NCBI RefSeq assembly: GCF_009914755.1
Contig: NC_060929.1
Direction: 5' to 3' (one strand)
DNA: 64,000 nucleotides
DNA from: the human T2T-CHM13v2.0 reference genome, Homo sapiens
Within the stretch, counting starts at the first letter, position 1, and every line of letters starts with the position of its first letter. Positions 29,561 to 48,832 of this stretch are shown here, piece by piece. A program made the translations under genes and the position numbers. The notes beneath the pieces were generated by a model, which searched no databases, was not told the DNA's origin, and saw only the letters and a list, made by a program, of their open reading frames with translations.

Positions 29561-31155
29561 TGATAAAATCTGAATTAAGCTGTTGTTTTTATGAGGATTG
29601 TTTCTGACTCCTGTTTCTCATTTCCCTTTTCACCTCCCCTGTCAGACACATACACTCCACGTCCACACCACACATATGCACACTGCGGACTTCACCACTC
29701 ACATTCACTTTACTTTGTTAATCTGGCTGCAAGGAAATTTCTTAGCCCTTGACACAGTATGTGAAGAGAGTTCTGTTGGCAGCTCACCATGGTATTTCAA
29801 ATGTGTGCCTCAAATTGAGAGTGCCGGTTGGAAATAACAATTCACTCTAAGCAGTGCTTTTCATTGAAATGTAAATTGCCTTATACCCGTTTTCATTCTT
29901 GCGGACTTCTCAGGAGGAAGACAGGTTTTATGTTACAAGCATTGAAGAGAAAATCTTTCTCCTGGTATCTCTTTTTTTAGTATGCAACAAGATTGAGGAT
30001 GATTCATTTAGGCAACTCTGGTCTACTCTAGGAGCTTGCATATCTAACAATATGCAGTATTCTCAGGAATTTTACCAGTGTGGGATTCCTGGTACTTTGA
30101 GGGGAGAAGGATAACTTCATATCTGGATTTAATTTCTGAGTTAATAAACCGCCATCACCCTGGAATGCCCATTTTTATTTGTTTCCTTATCCATTTATGA
30201 ACTACCTTAAGGCATTTATCAAATAGTGACTTAAATCTCAAAAATAAAATTAATGTCCTTTGTTTGGAATGCTTTTAGAGACCATTAGGACTTAGGAGCA
30301 GTGCAGTGGATGTGGAGAGAATGAAAGATTCAACAATAACTATATAAAACCCTAAGGTCCCACTCAAGTGGGGCGGCCTGGCCAAAATGTAGCTCAAAAC
30401 ATAATAGTGGCTATGAGAAAAAAGCTATTTTGTTGTCATTGTTATAACACCCAGCAAGGAACTGTATAGGTTATAGGGCCTTTTAAAATTTTTCAGCTGG
30501 ATACCACTTTATTTTTATTGTGACTTTCAAACACGAAAATACCATTATGTTAAAAAAAAATACTATGGAATCTGTGTGGCAGAATGTATTTAAGCTGAAC
30601 AGATTAAGGCTGTAGGACCAAAGGGCTGAACAACCTTGAGCATTTTTCTTTAAATATTCAAGTTTAAAAGCATATTCCTTGGCACCCCTAAAAGGAAAGC
30701 CCAGTAAAATGAATATGACATTTAGAATATGTAGCATTGGAGATTTTCATCTTTTTTTTTTTTTTTTTTTTGAGTCCTTGGGTTTATCAGCTGGAAACTT
30801 TCATGGCATTATTGCATCTTTACATAGTAATAAATGTGTCATAATTGACATGTGCTTTAAAATGCTCTCACTTCCTCTACTTCCTGGAAGATTGTTTCTG
30901 TCTTGCATGTTGTCCTTGCTGTGTTTTATGATGTGTTTGTATAAACATGATGAAACTATTCATGTTCTTGTTGATGCTTCTCTGAATGGTTAGCACTGGC
31001 TCTCTGGGTGTGTTTTGTTTGCTAAACCTTGAAAAAGTCTTAGTAGATGGAATACAGTGGAAAGATTAGGAAGATGCCTTTTTCTCTCATACTTCCTTTA
31101 ATTAAATAATGTGAAAATATACTGATTTAATAGATGTTTCTGTGAGTTGTGCTAA

Positions 31156-31392
<237 letters not shown>

Positions 31393-32839
31393 TCATCTTC
31401 CCATAACTTTTCTCTTTTCCTGACATGTGCTTTTAGCCTCTGATAGCCGTCAGCAAATACCTGGCTCCTGTTGGTTGTTCAGTCCTCTTTTTCTCTTCTC
31501 TCACATACCTACCACCCTCCAGGCAAAGCAAGTACCCTGTGGTTCTCTGCCTAATTTATATGTCTCGGAACATGCTGCTCCCCTCACCTTAAATGCCCTG
31601 CATAACTCACAAGACTCTTAGGACCTTTGAGTTGTACCTTCATCTCCAGAAGTTCTCCCTGGCATTTGTTCTGCACCTCCCATGGCTCCACATGCCCAGA
31701 GTTACTGATTTGTCTCCTCTCGATTCTCCTGGAACACCCAGTCCACCTTTTTTTTTGGTTTGCTCACCTGCCATCTCCCATGTCATAGAAAGGCTGCAGT
31801 GAGACACAGCCCTGTTCATGACCTTAGTAATAACATCATAAGCAGGTTATCAGTAAATGTTGATCAACTGTATGAATCTGCTGAGGTTGTGAAAAGGGAT
31901 TCGGAGAAGTTTGAGATGCATTTGGCCCCAGTAGTTCTTACCTAGGGTGGGGAAATCAGGCATGTACCTGAGGAAGGTTGCTGTGCTGCTAGGCAGAGGA
32001 GTTGTGAAGTGAAACAGAGCACAGCATGCACCTGTGGACTGCTTTCAGGCCATGTTCTCTGGAGTGTGAGGTGCCGGACGGCTCAGGCCTCCTGTCCCTG
32101 GAAGGCAGAGTGGGAGCAAGCATCTTGCTGGTAGCGGTCAGAGGCTAAAGGGAAAGGTAGGACTGGGATATTGCCTTAAGATGAATAGGATTTCCATAAG
32201 CTGGGGTGAAGGAACGAGGAGGAGCACAAGGAAAAGATTAGCATTGAGAAGGAGCAAGGTATTTGGGCAAAAGGTTGGAGCAGAGATTTCCTGTTCTGGA
32301 ATTAGCAGTGGGAGGGAAGGAAGAAAGGAATCCCAGAAGCCAGTTACGGAGAGCCTTGATTGCTAGGCTAAAGATATTTGGGTGTTATCCTGACGTACAG
32401 AAGAGTGTGTGAAGGTTTTGTAACTTTGAAGAAATGGGAGCAAACAGTCTAGTGATGAAAGCAGAGGAATACTGGGCAGAGAAGGAGACTTTTGCAGTAG
32501 TCTAGGCAGGGAGCATCCTGACCCAAGACACAGTCCGCTCTTCACTCATCCTACAAAGTGAGTCCCATGTGCCAGGCCATGGAGAGTCTGTGATGAGTAG
32601 TGTCCCTTGAGGAGAAAGGGGCATGAAAACAAAATCACCTTAGTTGTCACGTTTCTAGTGAGAAGATTCCAACCTGAAGGAAAATCCATAGGAGGTGATA
32701 AGGATGCTGGTTGACTGATATGCGTACCAGCATAGTCACAGGATGTGCAGATCGTGGATTGCAGATCTGGGCTTTGTTCACAGTGAAACAAACAATGCTG
32801 CCTGTGCTGCTCTAGTCACTTAACCGGACATCTCCCTGA

Positions 32840-33542
32840 TGCTGTCAACTTCAGTCCCTTTTAACTGGTCTCCTGCTGCTTCCCTTGTCCCCACTTGCTC
32901 TGTTCTCAACATGGCAGCCAGGGTGATCCATTTAAATCTTAAGTCAGATCGCGTCACTTCTCTTCCCCACACTCACGGTGGCTCTCGTCGCACCCAGGGT
33001 AAAAGCCAAAGTCCTCATGAAGATCCACAGGGCCCCGCCCGCCCCTCACCACCCCTCTGGCCTCATCTCCTGCTCAGCCCAGCCACTCTGAGCACACTGG
33101 CCTCCTTGCTGTTCCTCTCACCCCTATAAAGCTCCCCAAGGCCCCTCCTTCCCTGTGTGTCTCCATGTCTGATTTCTCACCTCTTTGAAGTCTGCTGAAG
33201 TGTCACTGACCACCCTATTTACAATTGTAACCTGTCCCCCAGCCCTAACCCTGGCCCTTCTGACCCCTCTGACCCTGTCCTACCTTTTGTTGTCATGACT
33301 GATTACCTTCTGCCATGATGTGTCATTTGCTGTTGTTTCTTGTCAGATCCTCCACACTGCTCCCCCCACCCCGTAGGTGGCTCTTTTTTTGGAATTAATT
33401 AATTTAGTGATTTTTTTTCTTTTTATTTGGTAGGCTCTTTAAGGCAGGAATCAGCTTCTGTTTTGTTTAACGATGTGTCTCAAATGTCTAGAACAGTGCC
33501 TGGTACAAAGAAGAAGCTCAGTCAATATTTGTCGAATGATTT
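32840..33542 (+). mobile_element. L2 3' region
   Basis: aactggtctcctgct...aagtcagatcgcgtcactt...tctagaacagtgcctggtaca...tcaatatttgtcgaatga. Confidence 0.8.
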
Positions 33543-33652
33543 GTAATTTATTTGCTCTTACTAGTACGGCCTAGTTAACTTTTCCCCACTACCAAGTGGA
33601 TTTTGTTTATGAGAAAGAAAGGTTGATCCTGTCACAGCCTAAATTCCAAATA

Positions 33653-33943
33653 TAGTTGCCCCTTGGTATCCTCGGGGAATTGGCTCCAGGAGCCCCCACA
33701 GATGCTCCAGTCCATGCTATAATGTGATGTAGTATTTGCATATAACCTATGCACATCTTCCCATATATGCTAGATCATCTCTAGATTATTTATAATACCT
33801 AATGTAATGTAAATGTTATGTAAATAGTTGTTCTACTGTGTTGTTCTTTAAATTTGTATTTTTTTTATTGTTGTCTTGTTAGTTTTGATCTGCAGTTGGT
33901 TGAATCCACAGATGCAGAACCCACAGATACGAAGGGCCAGGTG
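33653..33943. mobile_element. MER2 (TcMar-Tigger) DNA transposon
   Basis: gttgccccttggtatcc...gtagtatttgcatataacctatgcacatc...cacagatacgaagggcca with inverted termini. Confidence 0.85.
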
Positions 33944-35321
33944 TATATTTTACCTGTTATTTGTTTTCTTCAAATGACGTATTTTCTCTTTGAAATTCTT
34001 AGAGCAGAGTTCTATAAAATGGGCACAATAATTAGAAAAGAAAATTTGAAAGCGACTTTTCAAATAAAAGAAATGTGGCAAAAGGGTTCAGTCACATATT
34101 AGAAACGATTTGTAATCTGCAAGGCTAAAGTGGAGGATAAAAATGTTGTAACCAGAGGATAAGGTCCACTGGTTCTCTGGCTTGCATGGTCTGGGTGCAT
34201 TCCACTTATTCCTAACAACAGTGACAAGTTCTCCATCATTATTATCTTGGGGGAATTTCAGATACCCCCACAATTGTACATGCCCTCAGCATTCTGTTGC
34301 CTCTTAATTCGAGAACTAAACACACACAGCACAAAATGCTAAATAAAAGCACATGATAGAATACAAGATGGAAAAGAATAATTCCTAAAAGGACCACACC
34401 GCAGAAGGTTTTTAGTTTTTTGTTGTTGTTGTTTTTTGTTTTGTTTTGTTTTGTTTTGTTTTGGTCTTGTCACCTAGCCTGTTTTTTTCCTGTGCACACA
34501 TGCATCATTGACATACACATATACACTCAACCCTCCTTGTCCCTACCTCCTCCCCATTAAAGAAAGCTGTTGAAGAAGATTCAGGAAATCAGAACAGAGA
34601 ACGTCGACATGTGCAAACCTTTGGATAACTTTTAATTAGCTAGCCTGCCATCTTATAAGTAACTTTCAAAAGTGAATTGGGACCTTTTTAAATTCCCAGC
34701 TGGAAAGTTTCCATTTAGACTGTGAGGGTGTTTTCTTTTCATTACATAACCCATTTGTCAGTGGAGGCAGTATCTCCCTGCAGGAGGTAAACATTGGTTC
34801 TTAGAAGGCAAAAATAAATAAATAAATACATAAATACATAAATTTTAAAAACCCTATTTAAATGTATAAAGCACAGATATACATACCTATATATAAAAGA
34901 TATACAATAAATAGATATACAATATATCTATGTTATAAAAATATCCTCAGGGTGAGTACAGTAATGAAAATGGTTGAGAAGCACTGGTTGAACCCACACT
35001 CAGAGGCACCAGCCTAGAGCACAAACGGTCTGCTCTGCATGTTCATGCTTTTACGTGGTGTTTGATAGTTTAACAGTGAGCTGTGTCCAAGGGCATGAGC
35101 CTGTTAGGTAGGACATGGACTTATCATGATCAATTTGGTCTATTAGGCACTTTTTGGTTAGAGGGACAGAATTGCTCAGGTGACTCAGTTCCTGGAGGGC
35201 AGAGGGAAGGCCTTGCTGGGCTGCCAGGGACCAGCTGGCAGGAGTAGAGTCTGGGAAGGAGAAGGGTGTTTGAAATGAGTATAACCATCATCCCTCTCCT
35301 CACAGGACCATTGTGGGGTAG

Positions 35322-35732
35322 TGTGTTAATTCATTCTTGAGTCACTATAAAGAAATACCTGAGGCTGAGTAATGTATAAAGAAAAGAGGTCTAATGGCCT
35401 CATGGTTCTGCAGGCAATGCAGGAAGCACGGTGCTTGCATCTGCTTCTGGAGAGGGCCTCAGGGAACTTACAATCATGGCGGAAGGTGAAGAGGTAGCCT
35501 GTGTACCACATGGCAGGAGAGGGAGAGAGAAGGGGGAGGTCCCAGCTCAAACAACCAGATCTTGCATGAACTACCTGGGTGAGAACTCACTTATCACCAA
35601 GGGGATGGCACAAAGCCATTCTTGAGGGATCTGCCTCCATCATCCAATCACCTCCCACCAGGCCCCACCTCCAACACCGGGAATCACATTTCAACATGAG
35701 ATTTGGAGAGGACAGACATCCAAACCGTATCA
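35322..35732 (-). mobile_element. MST (MSTB-like) solo LTR
   Basis: TG...CA termini; 5-bp TSD ggtag at 35317 and 35733. Confidence 0.92.
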
Positions 35733-35924
35733 GGTAGTGTTGAGGTTGTTGAGGTAAGTGTATACAAAGCTCTTAGCACAGAGTGAAGCTCAGTGAACAA
35801 ATGGCTCTTCTTATGAAGAGCAGCCCTCAGCGGAGGCATGGCACTTCCTTCAAGAGAACCAAACTTGGAAACCTTGAATTAGGAAGTGATTACTCACTTT
35901 ACAGGGAATGACTACGGTAATGAT

Positions 35925-36891
<967 letters not shown>

Positions 36892-38119
36892 CAAATCTTT
36901 CTATTAGCAAAACATTTGGTTGATAAAAATATTGGCTTATATTTTAATAATACTGATTGGAAAGCAAGATAAAGGCACTTTGTGCTGCCTGATATTAACT
37001 GTTAACAGCCACTAATGCTGCCTTCTGCGGTTTGGAGTTTATTGAGGACACAGCCCTCTTCTTTGAAAACGTGGCTGTCTGATATCTTCCAACCAAGGGA
37101 GCTTTTCAGGACCTCAAAACTTCTTGCTTTGTAAGGAATAATTGAAATATCCCTGCAAAGGTGATTTTAAAAAAATCTTTTCTAAAATGTAAAACTTTCT
37201 TTTATTATTTGTGCAATGTTTATAATAAGTACTCATTTCAGTGAAGATAACCATTGCTTTGTTTCACTCAGATTCATTGTCAAGCTTTAAACTTTCATTT
37301 GTTTTCTAAATTGAAAAAAGCCATTTTTGGATTGTTCTTACACTGGCATTCTTAAATGAGAAGTTTGGCACTTCGTATTCTCTACTGGGCTCCCCCTCCT
37401 TACACTAGCTTGGAGTTATGCTCAGTCAGCTCTCCTCTGTATGGGAGAATGTTGAGGAACAATGCTGAGAATTATATGGGTATTGCAAACGACAAAGTGA
37501 GAGTGCTGTTGGAGATTACGATACCACAATGCAAAACAATTTAATGGTTTGGAGGTACATTTGTAAGATGACAAGGAAGGATGATTGACCACACCCTTAA
37601 CCAAGGGTTAAGAGGCCCTGAAGAATATTTGGAACCTTTTTTTCTGCTGTACACAGGTGTACTGGCCACCACCTATGGCCCTTGAAGTGGGGAGAGGTTG
37701 GTGTTTTGGTGATTAGACTTTGAAATATTTTATGATTCCATGTACTCAGCATATCCTAAGTTTCTGGCTCACTGACCAAACTTAGCAAGGCATTGTTAAG
37801 TTATGGGCTTCTTACAGTTTGGAACTCCCGGATAAGGAAAAAACAAACATTCTAACTGTCTCACAATAGTAAGAGCAAAAAGCCTGTGCAGTCCCCACCA
37901 TGGACATTGTGATTGTGCATGACATACATATTCAAATTTAGAACGGAGAGATGCTTCAGCATTCTCTTGGACCAATTGTTTTTCAGAATGCAGGGTTGAA
38001 TAAACAAGTATCTACATATTTCCACTCTTCTGAATGCCACATATTTGCATAATGCTGGACTTTTCAATGTTTTTGTAGTTCTTCTTCATTGAATGCATCC
38101 AAATTGTGGGAATGTGGCA

Positions 38120-38452
38120 GATGGTGTTATATCCATTTGACAGATGAGGAAACTGAGGCTCAATAACTTGACTTGCCTGAGGTCATGTCACACTTCTGTA
38201 GCAGAGACAGAAACAGAGCCAAGCCCTCCTCATTCCAAACCTCAGGCAGGAGCTGTGGTGAAAAGCAGGGAGTCGGTTTGCATCTTGGCTCTTTCATATG
38301 CCAGCATTGTGACCTTGGGCTGTTACTGAACTTCAAAGCCTCAGTTTTCTCCTTTGTGAAATAGGGAGACTCCCTTCTCTTAGGGTTTTTAGGGTTAAAT
38401 GAAAATTTACAACCGTCCCTAAACCTTGCAAGCACTCAGTAAATGGCAGCTA
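38120..38452. mobile_element. Two adjacent MIRs in opposite orientation
   Basis: ccatttgacagatgaggaaactgaggctc (-) then gcctcagttttctcctttgtgaaat...gcactcagtaaatggcagc (+). Confidence 0.7.
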
Positions 38453-39587
38453 CTGATGTGGTTTATGTTGGTTTTGGCATACTGCTATTTGCACAACTGG
38501 GTGTTAGTTGAGCTTACCTGGTGTATCTCCTTAAGGCCCATTGGATCTGAGTATCTGGCATTCTAGGCCCATAATTCAGAATCAGTGGAAGAGACAATGT
38601 TGATACATCTCTGAGGCTTGGTTACCTGGGAGCTGGCTTGATGTCTGGGGTTCTAGATAGTGCCCCCAACAGGAGAGTTGTTACGGGGTGGGATGAGGGG
38701 CTTTGCCCGCAAGAGGATGAAAAGAAAATAGTAGAAACAGGAGAGTGGCTTTTGGGCAAACTCTTGGATTTGCTGTTCAGACATATTAGCAATTCGTTTA
38801 GTGAAGAACAGAGCAGGGATGTGTGATGGGCTTCCATTACTGTGACATCAAGGATTTGAATTCTGACCACCTGGCAGGGAATTTGGGTTCTAATTTGCCA
38901 CCAGTGGAGATAGCACAATTATGATTGTCTTAACACAAGAAGCCGTCTCCCCTAACCTACTCTCAAAATCTATCTCAGGTACTAACGCTGACACAGATCT
39001 GCTGCCATAAACTTGGTTGTCTTTTTTGTGCTGGAGAGGGTTTCTTCTGAAATGTAAGCACCTGGGCTCACTCTTTCTGCCCCTCTGTCTTTGAATCAGA
39101 CAGCAGCTTTACCTCTTGGCCTCTTAGCAGATTTATTCTTAAGCAATATTAAAAGTATTGTTGCTTCTTGTCCAAATCTCCTTTCCCCATTCAGAAATAA
39201 AACAACTCCCTTAAAGGGGAGAGATACCATCACCTCCCTACTTGGGGCCTGAGAGGTGTTGCAGAAAATAAAATTCTCTGAGCTCTTTGGGCCAATTGTT
39301 CCTTAGATTTTAATACCTTAGCATGTTGTCTGTGCAGTTTTTTAAGGCATGGCATCACACACATACCCAGCAGCATTTGATGAAAGGCTCCAGTTTCAAG
39401 GTAAGATAGTAGTGTCAAGCTGTGCAAAATGGTTAGTCGGCCTACTAACTCAACTCTGGAGCAAGCTGCTTAACCTTTTTAAGCTACCTGTAAAATGAGA
39501 ATAAGAAGAGCTGCCTCACAGAATTGTTACCAAGAGAATAGGCTCACAGTAAGAACTCAATTGTTAATTTCCTTAAAAAAAAATCCT

Positions 39588-39903
39588 GCTGGGGCCTGGT
39601 GGCTCATGCCTGTGATCCCAACACTTTGGGAGGCCAAGGCAAGAGGATTGCTTGAGCCCAGGAGTTCAAGACCAGCCTGGGAAGCATAGTGAAACCTCAT
39701 CCCTAAAAAAAAAAGACAAAAATTAACTGGGTGTGGTGGCATGCACTTGTAGTCCCAGCTACCTGGGAGGCTGAGTCAGGAAGATTGCTTGAGCGTGGGA
39801 GGTTGAGGTTGCAGGGAGCTGTGATTACACCATTGTACTCCAACCTAGGTGACAGAGAGAGACCCTGTCTCAACAAAATGAATGAATGAATAAATAAATA
39901 AAA
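39588..39903 (+). mobile_element. AluJ
   Basis: Alu consensus with (AATG)/(AAAT) tail. Confidence 0.93.
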
Positions 39904-40594
39904 TCTATTGAAAGGGGGAAAAAAAGCCTCGAAGAACTTTATTTACTTTCTTCTGTTGCATGCTACCACTTCCTGAAAGAATAGACATTTCCCAATCTCC
40001 CAAGTAATTAAAAATGAATGCAGATACTGATTTAGAGTGGCTGCATTTGTTCATTGGTAGAGGTAGGGACCTAAGAAACGGAGATGTTCTTCCCATAGCT
40101 AGACTGTGTGGCTAAGCATAGCATTGCTATAACTTAAAATTTTTTTCTTATCCATTGTAAAAAGCTTATAAAATATAGAAATGCATAAAAAATAAATTCC
40201 ATTTACAGCCTTACTCTATAGAAGTAGTAAGACATTTTGGTGTCTTTGCTCTTTCTTTTTAACTTAGATTTGTGTGTGAAATAGATCATGTCTACGAAAG
40301 TGCATGGAACATATATGTATGAATTAAGGAATACTAAATATACGGGTACCACTTTCCAATTTAAGAGCTAGCACATTGCTAGTCTCTATGAGCCCCTTTT
40401 GTGCCTGGCTCTTCCATTTATTATTATTTTTTTCTAGAATCAAGTTAGTTCTGTTTATGTAGTTTTATATTGTGTTTTTGTTCCTACTGTATCATAAGTA
40501 TTTTTCAATAATGTCATCATTTTAGGTTGCTTTCTTATCTTTAGAGCTCAAGGTAATTACAGATCATAGAATAGCCTTTCCGGTACCGTGCCTT

Positions 40595-40765
40595 ATATAC
40601 TCATTTAATTTTACAACATGCTGTGAGCTGCAGCAGCTCCCCATTTTACAGATGTGAAACCTACATTTCAGAATGTTTAGGTAAATTGCCTTGATGACAG
40701 AGTATGCCAAAGGACTGAGATTAGAGTCCAAGTCTGTGTTTCCAAAACCCTTGCCATTTCTACCA
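40595..40765 (-). mobile_element. MIR
   Basis: ccccattttacagatgtgaaac core. Confidence 0.65.
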
Positions 40766-41045
40766 TGGACAGGCTGACTTTATGGGGCTGTATGTTGGAG
40801 GCACCGTGTACATTTAAGGAATTGACCATTAAATGTGATGATGACGTTATGGGAACTTGCTTAATGATAAAGTAGGAACAAAAACACAGTCCGAAACTAC
40901 ATAAACAGAAATATAGTATTTCTGCCTAATTCTAAACAAGAATAACACATGACTAAGTTCTAGTTTTTAAGTGGTACTGGTGCCAGAAAATTCCAGATGA
41001 AGGCAAGCTTCCACAAGGAATGTGGAAAAACAAAAATAATTTCTT

Positions 41046-41170
41046 GACCAGGTTCAGTGACTCATGCTTGTAATCCTAGCCCTTTGGGAAGCTGAGGTGG
41101 GGGGGCATCACTTGAGCTCAGAAGTTCAAGAACAGCCTGGGCAACATAGTAAGAACCCCCGGCTCTATTT
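41046..41170 (+). mobile_element. FLAM-like monomer
   Basis: cagtgactcatgcttgtaatcctagc...agcctgggcaacatag. Confidence 0.8.
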
Positions 41171-41311
41171 TTAATTTTAAAAGAATATTAAAAATAATAA
41201 ACTATAAAGGAAAATAACTTTTTGAGAATCGGAACAGTATTGCATGCTCTGCTTTTATTTGAAGAGTCTATAGTGTTGGGTTGTCTGGTGTTCCCCCTTA
41301 TCCTCCCTTAA

Positions 41312-41715
<404 letters not shown>

Positions 41716-42512
41716 CCTGCTGCATTTTCTACAGTTGTACAGTTGTGCATCTGTGATTGATTGTGCTACAACCTGGGAGGAAGCCACTCTCCTCCTTTGC
41801 TTTGCCCATGAAGACGTGGCCCTGTAAAGTCTAGAAGAATAAAATGGTTGCTATGGTTGCTGTGGCAGCTACAATGCCAAGCTGAAAAGCTGACTAGAAA
41901 GTCGCCTGCTTATCTTTGGAAAGAGAGGGGACTCCATTTGGCACAGATACAGTTGCTCATTATATTCTGCAGGTATAGTCACTGTGGCATCCTTGGGCAC
42001 ATTCTGCGAACTCAAAGATGTGTAGAGATTTGGAAGATGAATAAAAGGCTGTGTTTGTTTAGGTGGAAGTATGGCTGTTATTAAGTTTAGTGAGATGGTA
42101 GTGGTTAACCTCACCAAAGTATTCATTAATATAAGCATCACCTTCAGCTTTGCCACAGTGTTTTTTGGGGATAGGAAAATTCCCTGCCTGTGACCAGTGA
42201 ATAGTAAAACACTACTGGGATTTTTTCAAATGGCCATTAAATGCCAACAGCCACCACCACTTGCTGAGGGACAATAAAAGGAGTGGAGGAAGGCAGTCAG
42301 TCACTTTGTGTATGTTTGAATTCTTACACTGTAGGTGTCCAACCTAAATAGTGCTGTCATTGGTTTTAGTTCAGTTAATCATGCCTGAATTAAAATAGAT
42401 TTTTTTAAAACTGTGATTGTGGGAATAGTGCAACATAAAATAGTTTTATGAGGCCCTACTTCATGTCTAAAGTGTAAAACAATTTGTTTCAAAAGAAGAG
42501 AATTTAAAAACA

Positions 42513-43666
<1,154 letters not shown>

Positions 43667-44639
43667 TCAGCTTACTTTTCTTTTAGGCCAGACAGATATT
43701 CATTTGTGGAGTACAGATATTCTTCTGTTGGTTGGTGCTGTTTAGCAGTATCTACCTAGAATCTTGTGTCTCACAAGACTTGACCAGATTGATAGGCACT
43801 TTTCAAATGCCCTGCTAAAGCTGCTGAATCCCTGAATGATCAAAGCTGGCACTGACTTTGGCAGCGGCCTTGACTTTTAGAGCATAGCGTGCTAACAAAG
43901 AGGAGCTTGCTTCCTCCAAACAGTAATAGGGTAATGTCCAGGGATCAGTGAGCGTGTTCCTTTCACCCAGTACTCTGCACCTTGCATCTCTTCAGCCTCC
44001 TGCCACCTTCTACTGTTCGACACCTCTTGTCCTGGTGGTGAGGGAGCAGGCAGAGTCTTTGGATACAGCTCAGCTAAGTGGCTTCAAAGTCAGGCAGGGG
44101 AACTGGTAGCTGAGCCTCCATTGCCTGGGGTTATCTACTTGTAAGGTTTTTCTGCCTTCCTAATTCTTATTACTACTATTTTACTGCCACTCTCCCTCCA
44201 TTTGTGTTACTCTGTATAACCAACACCTAAGTGCGAAAGTCCTGGGCTTCAGTCTGTACCTTCTCTATATGGTATAGATGGATGCAGGTGAGATTTCCTG
44301 CCAACTCCCAAATGTGTAGCTCCAGCCCAGGCCACTTCCGTGAGCCCCAGATCTGTGTGTGTGATTGCAAACTCAACATTCTCCGCCACTGTGTACTATT
44401 TCAAACTTTAAATGTTTAAATCCAAACTCATTATTTTGTAACCCTCCCTCCTACCTATAAGCCTTCCCCCGACAACAAAATAACATATTTGGTCTCTTTC
44501 ACGTCCTTATCATGTGAAGGACGCTCTCATCCACTTAACTTTGCAAGCTGGGAGTTAATACCGTAATCTCTTGCTTTCCCTCTGTATTCAGTACATTTTA
44601 TCAGTTTAGATTCTTAAATCTCTGTCCTTAGGCCCAGCA

Positions 44640-45037
44640 TGATCTAGCCCTGGCCTCACTCACTAGCCTGATTTCCAGCTGTCCCTCTCTGCCCTGCTTA
44701 GGTGGACCCTCCTCACCTTAGAGGCCTTACACCAGCCCCCACTTGCTGAAATCCACCCCACCTCCCCACTGCCCACCATCCTCCTGATTTCATGTTCAAA
44801 GGTCATGTCCTCTGGGGAGGCTTCCCTTGATGCTCAAATGAGGTCAGTGTCTAGGGGGGTAAGCTCTTGTGGCCTGTATGGCACCCTCACTAGAGTCTTA
44901 AGTCCCACAGCAATAAGGGCTTTGTCTTTGCTTACAGTATATGCTCAGTGCCTAGGGCAGACCCCTCACCAGGTGAGCATTTGACAGATATTTGTCTAGT
45001 GAAGGAATGAGCGGATGAATGAATGAGTGAATGAATG
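44640..45037 (+). mobile_element. L2 3' end
   Basis: atgtcctctggggaggcttccctt...cagtgcctagggcag...tgaatgaatgagtgaatgaatg. Confidence 0.7.
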
Positions 45038-46409
45038 TCAGGCACTGTGCCAAGCAATTTGTACACATCTCATTTAATCCAGGAAACCGTCGAAACTGCA
45101 AATCTCAACTGGGGAGTCAACCCAGAGCTGAGCCAACACCCAAGCCCAGGCTCTTTCTGCTGCTACCACTGGCTTCCTTGAGGGAGAGACAGTTGCTGCT
45201 ATTTGATTTTACTGATAAAAATCTGTGATGCTACAGGGAGAATGGAGCAGGACTTCTTCTAGTAGAGAAATTAGGGAGACATTGAGGAGACTTGCATTTT
45301 ACCGATGCTAATTTCCTTAGGGTCATTTCTTTAAGAAAAAAAAAATCCTCTTAAGTAACAAGCTTGGGGAGCTGTAGAGCTAGATCAGAGATTTTGCTGC
45401 CAACCTCTAAGTAACATTCCAAGTCCACTTTCCACTGCTTCCTGAGGAGGCCTGTCAGAGTTTTGCAGGTGTATTCCTGATCTCCTGGCTTGGAGCTCTT
45501 ATTCAGTCTGCTTCAGCTCTTCCTCTCTACTCTTTTGGTTCTTGTCTCTTTAGACCATATTTATTCATTCAAGAAACTTTTACTTAGCACCCATTATGTT
45601 CTAGGCACTACGCTGGTTGCCCACCTTTATTCCTGTTCCTGGTAAGCATCTCCTTACCATTGCCCCTCTGCTCAGCAACCCCCACACTTTTACAGGAACT
45701 ATCATTCATTACGTAATGAGGTCTTGAACTTATGATTTAAGTTCAACATTAATTAGACACTTTCTGTGTAGCAGATACTGTGCTAGGTTTGGAAGTTTAA
45801 GAAGAGACACACCCTGTGCCTTGAAATCTGTTTACACTACCATCAACCACACAAGAATGGGCAGATGAACTAGTGTGAAGTCAGGAAGTATCCATAGTTT
45901 TCTGTGATCCACAAAAGCACTACAGATTTTCAAACCCCTGGACAGCTCTGAGGACTTGATCCATTCGTAGGTCAAACATTGTACAGAAAGTAACCCGAGA
46001 GAGCTACTTGAGGGCAGGACGAAGGACTGGGCTATTTCCCCTCTCTCTATCACCTTCCTCACCCTCATTCTCATACCCTATCTAAGTACTAGTTCTTGCC
46101 AGTAAGCTTCTTGCTTCCAATGTGTGAAAATGTAAGCACTTAATGGGCAATTCCTAAGTACTACTATCTTTTTCCCTGAAAGCAGTGGCATGAACTTATC
46201 TCAAAGTTTGGAAGTTAATGGGAAAAATATTGACCAATAGGCACAAATCTATGCATCTTATTTGGATTTGACATAACAGTTAAGACAACTGGACTCCAAA
46301 ATAGACAGTAACAGTGATCTCCAGAATCAAAAGTGAAAAGGAAATATTAGAGCATCTACTTTTCTAACTTATTGTCTCAAGAATTTCTTTTTTGCTTTAT
46401 ACAAAAATG

Positions 46410-48245
<1,836 letters not shown>

Positions 48246-48328
48246 GCCTTTATGATGGGCTGGTACAGAGGGTGGCTTCCAGAACCCCTCTGAAAACCAA
48301 AGATCAAGTATTAGAATTTAATAAAGAT

Positions 48329-48447
48329 CAGGCCCGGTTTGGTGGCTCACCCCCATAATCCCAGCACTTTGGGAGGCGGAGGCAAGAGAATTGCTTGAGC
48401 CCAGGTGTTTGAAACCAGCCTGGGCAACATAGTGAGACCCTGTCTCT
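48329..48447 (+). mobile_element. FLAM-like monomer
   Basis: ggtggctcacccccataatcccagcactttggg...gtgagaccctgtctct. Confidence 0.85.
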
Positions 48448-48790
48448 GGTTTTTTTTTTGTTTTGTTTTGTTTTGTTTTTTTTAAAGATCACGTGAGAGG
48501 CATACAAATTCATAGGAAAAAATACGAAATGGACAAAGAACAGGAGTAGCCAATTCACAAAAAAGTAAAACTAAAAGCTTCCAGCATGCTCAGTTCCACA
48601 AAATGACAAAACCATGCGGTCCCTTTTTTCTACCTGTTAATTTAGTAAAAGCACAAATGCAAGCATGCATACAGCCCCTACATGTACCCTCTGTTTTAAG
48701 TATCCTGATCCTCTCGGGGAAATAGGTGTACCATGTACCATGCTGATGACAGTGTGCTCTGGGGGAGCCTTTTTGGTAAACAGTTTGGCT

Positions 48791-48799
48791 GTATATATA

Positions 48800-48832
<33 letters not shown>

